Below, one piece after another: positions 60,041 through 64,000 of a DNA stretch of 64,000 bases. Position numbers and translations under genes: made by a program. This stretch comes from an uncultured Smithella sp. GTDB lineage: Bacteria; Desulfobacterota; Syntrophia; Syntrophales; Smithellaceae. Position 1 is the stretch's first letter. Every line of letters begins with the position of its first letter. Below the pieces are notes generated by a model. The model was given only the letters and a program-made list of their open reading frames with translations. It had not been told where the DNA came from and did not search any database. The stretch spans positions 4,477 to 68,476 of the forward strand of contig CAZWCA010000013.1 in the NCBI GenBank assembly GCA_964632255.1, in the 5' to 3' direction.

Positions 60041-61321
60041 ATGCCGGATAATGAAATGAAAATAAAAAAAGGCCGAAATTCAAATAAATATCATATCCTG
60101 GTTGCTGAAGACAGCAAGGCTCAAACTGCACTTCTCTTAAAAATACTGACCCGTAACGGTTATGAAGTAACTGCAGTGGAAAATGGTCTGGAAGGCCTTT
60201 ACAAACTTATGGAAATAAGGCCGAATCTGATCATCAGCGATATCTGGATGCCCACCATGAACGGATTTGAGTTTTGTCAGGCGGTCAAAAATGATAAAGA
60301 TTTGCATGTAATTCCAATAATTTTAATGACCTCGGTTACGGAAATCAGCTCGATTATCAAGGGGCTGGAGGCCGGAGCCGACTATTATATGACCAAACCG
60401 TTCAGTGAAGATATTTTACTTTTAAAGGTGGCTTCGATCTTATCCAAAGGCAATGTTATCAGCAATGATCAGAGAAAGGCGCCGGTTGAAATCCAGCTCA
60501 ATGGTCAAACTAAAAACTTTAACCTTGATCCGCAGAGAATCCTGAATTTTTTTATTTCTACTTATGAAAATCTAATCTCCCATAACACCAATCTTATTCA
60601 GGCAAAACGGGAATTGAAAACGTTGAGTGATCACCTTGAAGAAAGGGTGCGTGAGAAGACCTTTCATCTTGAAGAAGCGGAAACATCACTGAAAAACAGT
60701 CTGCAGAATCTGAAAAAAACATTGGCCGGTACAGTAAAAGCACTGGCCGGCACAATCGAGATGAGAGATCCCTATACGGCCGGACATCAGAAACGCGTCA
60801 CTCAACTGGCCTGCGCCATAGGAAAAGAAATGGGTTTTTCGGAGTTCAAGCTGGAAGGTTTACAGGTAATCAGTATGCTGCATGACATCGGCAAGATAAT
60901 AGTGCCGGCGGAAATTTTAAGCCGGCCGGGAGAACTGAATGAAATTGAGTACAATTTGATAAAGTTTCACCCGGAGGTCGGCCGAAATATCCTGAAGGAG
61001 ATCGAATTCCCCTGGCCCGTAGCTGATGCCGTTGTCCAGCATCATGAGCGGATCAACGGCAGTGGATACCCGAACATGATAAAAGGCGATGATATGCTGA
61101 TCGAAGCTAAAATAGTTGCCGTTGCCGAGGTCGTTGAAGCAATGGCTTCACATCGTCCCTACCGGCCCGCAATGGGAATTGATGTTGCTCTGGAGGAAAT
61201 AGTCCGGAACAAAGGCATTTTATATGATGAAGAAGTGGTTGATCACTGTGTTCGTGTCTTTAAAGAAAAAAATTTCGTTTTAACGCCCTCAATTGAGAAT
61301 TCAGCAACAAATGCAATATAG
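60041..61321 (+). CDS. Response-regulator receiver fused to HD-GYP domain
   Basis: Receiver ILVAEDS...NLIISDIWMPTMNG...MTKPF. HD-GYP motifs TAGHQKRV, HDIGKIIVP, HHERINGSGYP. Confidence 0.9.
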   Translation: MPDNEMKIKKGRNSNKYHILVAEDSKAQTALLLKILTRNGYEVTAVENGLEGLYKLMEIRPNLIISDIWMPTMNGFEFCQAVKNDKDLHVIPIILMTSVTEISSIIKGLEAGADYYMTKPFSEDILLLKVASILSKGNVISNDQRKAPVEIQLNGQTKNFNLDPQRILNFFISTYENLISHNTNLIQAKRELKTLSDHLEERVREKTFHLEEAETSLKNSLQNLKKTLAGTVKALAGTIEMRDPYTAGHQKRVTQLACAIGKEMGFSEFKLEGLQVISMLHDIGKIIVPAEILSRPGELNEIEYNLIKFHPEVGRNILKEIEFPWPVADAVVQHHERINGSGYPNMIKGDDMLIEAKIVAVAEVVEAMASHRPYRPAMGIDVALEEIVRNKGILYDEEVVDHCVRVFKEKNFVLTPSIENSATNAI

Positions 61322-61393
61322 GTTAAACGGTAGTTTACTTAGATGACGGCGGAAAATATTTGAACAAAAAATGGAATAAGATCTGAAAATCAT

Positions 61394-63280
61394 ATGAAAA
61401 AAATCACCGGTTTTTTTAACAAAACTCGATCTGTATTGGATGGATTGGAGCCCGGAATATTGATCCTGGACGATCTTATCAATTCATCTGAAGATGAATT
61501 TTTAGCAATTGGTGAAAAACTCCAGGAATTTCATCAACAAGCCGGTGATATTTCAGCTTTATCGGCAAATGTAGTTTCGCGTATATCGGAAGAAGAAATG
61601 AAGCCGGTGATTGAGGTTTTCACCGCTGTTTCAAAAATGCTCGAAGAAATAGGCGGCAGTTTTGATGCCGAAAAGGACATGCTTGCTTCAATCCTTACCC
61701 ACTTCAATCAAATTCGGGCTCCGCTAATTCATTTTGAAAAAATTGCACGGAATCTGAATACTCTCTGTGCTTTTATAAAAATTGAAACCGCCCGGCTGGG
61801 AGATGCAGGGGGAGCCTTTAATACACTTTCCGATGATGTACGGCGCCTGGCTGCGGTCATCAGTACAAAAACCGGTAATTTGATCAATACGGCAGACACC
61901 TTAATCCCGGCACTCCGGAAAAATATATCTCTTATTGATAATTACAAATCCCGGCAGGAATACCAATCCCGTATCGTATTAGACAAAATAAACAATAACC
62001 TGACAATGATTTCCCAGCGAAAAGACCTCTCTGCCGCCACAATACATGATATCTCCGTCAAGTGGCAAAATGCCGCCTCCAGTATCGGTGAAATAGTGCA
62101 ATCAATGCAAATCCATGACATAACCCGGCAGCGAATCGAGCATACATGTAATGCTTTGAAAAACCTGAAGCAAAGAGCAGCCGGTGTAAAGCAGGAAAAT
62201 GCGCCATGGCATAAAGTCTGTAATTTATTGAAAAACAACGGAAATAATAACGGTCAGGACAACCCGTGCAGTGTTCCGTTGGCCAACTTAATCGTGGATA
62301 CCTGCAATCTGCAATGTGCTCAACTGGACAATGCAAAGAATGATTTTGCAAATGCCATAAATCATATTTTGGAAAATTTGAATTATATTGCTTTTTATAC
62401 CGGCTCCATATCTGAAGAAATAATGAAAATGTCGGGAAACGACAAAGGCGAAAAAAGTTCTTTTATTCCGGATATGGAAAAAGATATTAATTTTCTTAGT
62501 AATTCTATAGGTGTCTTTGCCAAAATCAAAAAAGATTTGTCCGGGGCAATGAACGAAATGACCGAAACAGCTACCGCCATGTCCGGCTATATGAAGGAAA
62601 TGGAAAAAATCAGCATTGAAATGCAGATATTAGCCTTAAATGCCAGCATTCATGCTGCACATATCGGCGATCGGGGTTTGACACTGAGTACTTTAGCTGA
62701 TTCCATTCACTGGCTCGCCGCCGAAACCGCTTCCATGGTTACGGCTATCGTTACAAATCTCAAGGCAGCTATAGTTAACTCGGAAAAGCTGGCGGAAATG
62801 GCTAATGCCGAAATTTCAGAGGGAAACAAGCAATCAACTCAAATAAAAAGCAGCTTGGATCAATTGCTGCTGCCGTTGAAAAGCATTGACGCAGAAATTG
62901 ACAAGTTGTTGCCGCGCATTGACCGATTGGGACAATCTTTAGCGGCGGACATTCAAGATTTGGTTGCCAATATCGGCATTCATCATCATATAGTATCCAA
63001 AATTGAGCATGTTGAAGCATCCTTAAGAGACGCCGTCAAAAAAATTAAAGTTAAAAAAATTGAAAGCACAGCCGGGGAAAGCTCCGGATTATTCAAAGAA
63101 TTGGCTTCCCAATATACAATGGATAGTGAAAGGAAAACTCATTTAGCGATTGCCGGTATTATGCCGGATGCAATAGCCGGCGAGTTCACGTCTCAGCAAG
63201 GCGTAGAAACTGAACCGGCCGAGTTATGCGGAAACGCCGACAAGAGCGACGATCTTGGTGATAATGTTGAATTGTTCTAG
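61394..63280 (+). CDS. Soluble MCP-like protein with two signalling-tip-like motifs
   Basis: Tip 1 (about 61739-61852): IARNLNTLCAFIKIETARLGDAGGAFNTLSDDVRRLA. Tip 2 (about 62606-62728): ISIEMQILALNASIHAAHIGDRGLTLSTLADSIHWLA. Both align by eye with [33 protein letters not shown]. No TM segment is seen. Confidence 0.7.
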   Translation: MKKITGFFNKTRSVLDGLEPGILILDDLINSSEDEFLAIGEKLQEFHQQAGDISALSANVVSRISEEEMKPVIEVFTAVSKMLEEIGGSFDAEKDMLASILTHFNQIRAPLIHFEKIARNLNTLCAFIKIETARLGDAGGAFNTLSDDVRRLAAVISTKTGNLINTADTLIPALRKNISLIDNYKSRQEYQSRIVLDKINNNLTMISQRKDLSAATIHDISVKWQNAASSIGEIVQSMQIHDITRQRIEHTCNALKNLKQRAAGVKQENAPWHKVCNLLKNNGNNNGQDNPCSVPLANLIVDTCNLQCAQLDNAKNDFANAINHILENLNYIAFYTGSISEEIMKMSGNDKGEKSSFIPDMEKDINFLSNSIGVFAKIKKDLSGAMNEMTETATAMSGYMKEMEKISIEMQILALNASIHAAHIGDRGLTLSTLADSIHWLAAETASMVTAIVTNLKAAIVNSEKLAEMANAEISEGNKQSTQIKSSLDQLLLPLKSIDAEIDKLLPRIDRLGQSLAADIQDLVANIGIHHHIVSKIEHVEASLRDAVKKIKVKKIESTAGESSGLFKELASQYTMDSERKTHLAIAGIMPDAIAGEFTSQQGVETEPAELCGNADKSDDLGDNVELF

Positions 63281-63487
63281 TTTTTGTTTGACACACTAAT
63301 TGATATATGATTTACATCTCGCCAATTAAACAGTAATTTCATCAACAAGGTTGCAGAAATAACGATGGGCAAAAGCGATTACAGGATAGAAAGCAAAAAA
63401 AGCTATAATTATTATGGCTATTGCTATTATTTTTATTGCCATATCCGGTAATGGTCTGCCCTTGCTAAAAATCAGGATAAATCAAAC

Positions 63488-63527
63488 AAAAGCCATGGGT
63501 AGATAAAAACCATGGCTTTTTTTATTT
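63488..63527 (+). terminator. Rho-independent terminator
   Basis: aaaagccatgg (63488-63498) pairs with ccatggctttt (63510-63520), with an 11-nt loop, followed by tttatttc. Confidence 0.6.
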
Positions 63528-63564
63528 CAGTGAGAACACAGTCTTTTAAAGAAGGAGGGGGTTT

Positions 63565-64000
63565 ATGTTGAAAAAAATGCTTAGGGTGGTTCTTTCCGTG
63601 GTATTTCTGGGAATTATGGGAGGAGTAGCTGTAGCAGCTCCGCCCATTAAAATCGGGGCGCTTTTTTCCGTTACCGGACCGGCTTCATTCTTAGGTGAGC
63701 CGGAACGCAACACCGCCGAAATGATGGTTGCCGAAATCAACAAGGCCGGTGGAATTAAAGGCCGTAAACTGGAGCTCACCGTCATTGATACACAGGGTGA
63801 TGCAACCAGGGCGGTTCAAGGCGTCAACAAACTGATTAAGAATGACAAAGTTGTTGCAATCATCGGGCCGAGCACAACTGGTGATTCCATGGCGGTGATA
63901 CCGGTCGTGGAAAGAGCAGGGATACCGCTCATTTCCTGCGCGGCAGGAATCAATATAACCGAACCGGTGAAAAAGTGGGTTTTCAAAACAGCGCAGAATG
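63565..64000 (+). CDS. ABC transporter substrate-binding protein, branched-chain amino acid (LivJ/family 4) type, N-terminal part (runs off the right edge)
   Basis: Own translation: MLKKMLRVVLSVVFLGIMGGVAVAAPPIKIGALFSVTGPASFLGEPERNTAEMMVAEINKAGGIKGRKLELTVIDTQGD... SD GGAGGGGG upstream. It is open to the window end. Confidence 0.8.
   Translation, partial: MLKKMLRVVLSVVFLGIMGGVAVAAPPIKIGALFSVTGPASFLGEPERNTAEMMVAEINKAGGIKGRKLELTVIDTQGDATRAVQGVNKLIKNDKVVAIIGPSTTGDSMAVIPVVERAGIPLISCAAGINITEPVKKWVFKTAQN

Noticed and set aside
63326-63442. 38-aa very hydrophobic minus-strand ORF (MAIKIIAIAIIIIAFFAFYPVIAFAHRYFCNLVDEITV), considered as a type I toxin-like peptide.
   Set aside because: There is no SD and no obvious antisense RNA or promoter signal. 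AT-rich DNA easily yields Ile/Phe-rich ORFs.

Overview
This 64-kb window looks like chromosome from an anaerobic, Desulfobacterota-like bacterium. That guess rests only on gene content: PEP-CTERM protein, HD-GYP proteins, many radical SAM and PAS kinases, a sigma54-type promoter. About 60 features are supported. The left third is mostly housekeeping on the minus strand: LemA/TPM operon, glyA-dCMP deaminase-nrdR-ribE-ribBA-ribH-nusB, fabF-acpP, rpmF-yceD, then gltX and tRNA-Glu(CUC) on the plus strand. The middle (about 24-47 kb) has lower coding density and is AT-rich by eye. It holds accessory-looking genes: Fic, REC-PP2C phosphatase, a secreted tandem-repeat protein, an orphan AAA+/CpaF fusion ATPase, two B12-radical SAM genes, an M28 peptidase interrupted by an in-frame TGA, a PEP-CTERM protein and paralogous PAS hybrid kinases. 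The right quarter (48.0-63.5 kb) is the most unusual part. It is a tightly packed 14-gene chemosensory operon behind a near-consensus sigma54 promoter. It has no membrane receptor, two soluble MCPs, an extra short CheR-like methyltransferase, an MBL hydrolase, a pseudo-receiver, a STAS protein and two HD-GYP proteins as likely outputs. One MCP carries 3 x 537-nt tandem repeats and the other has two signalling-tip motifs. No CRISPR array, integrase, transposase or rRNA was seen. All functional calls come from reading motifs in the translations; no database search was run.
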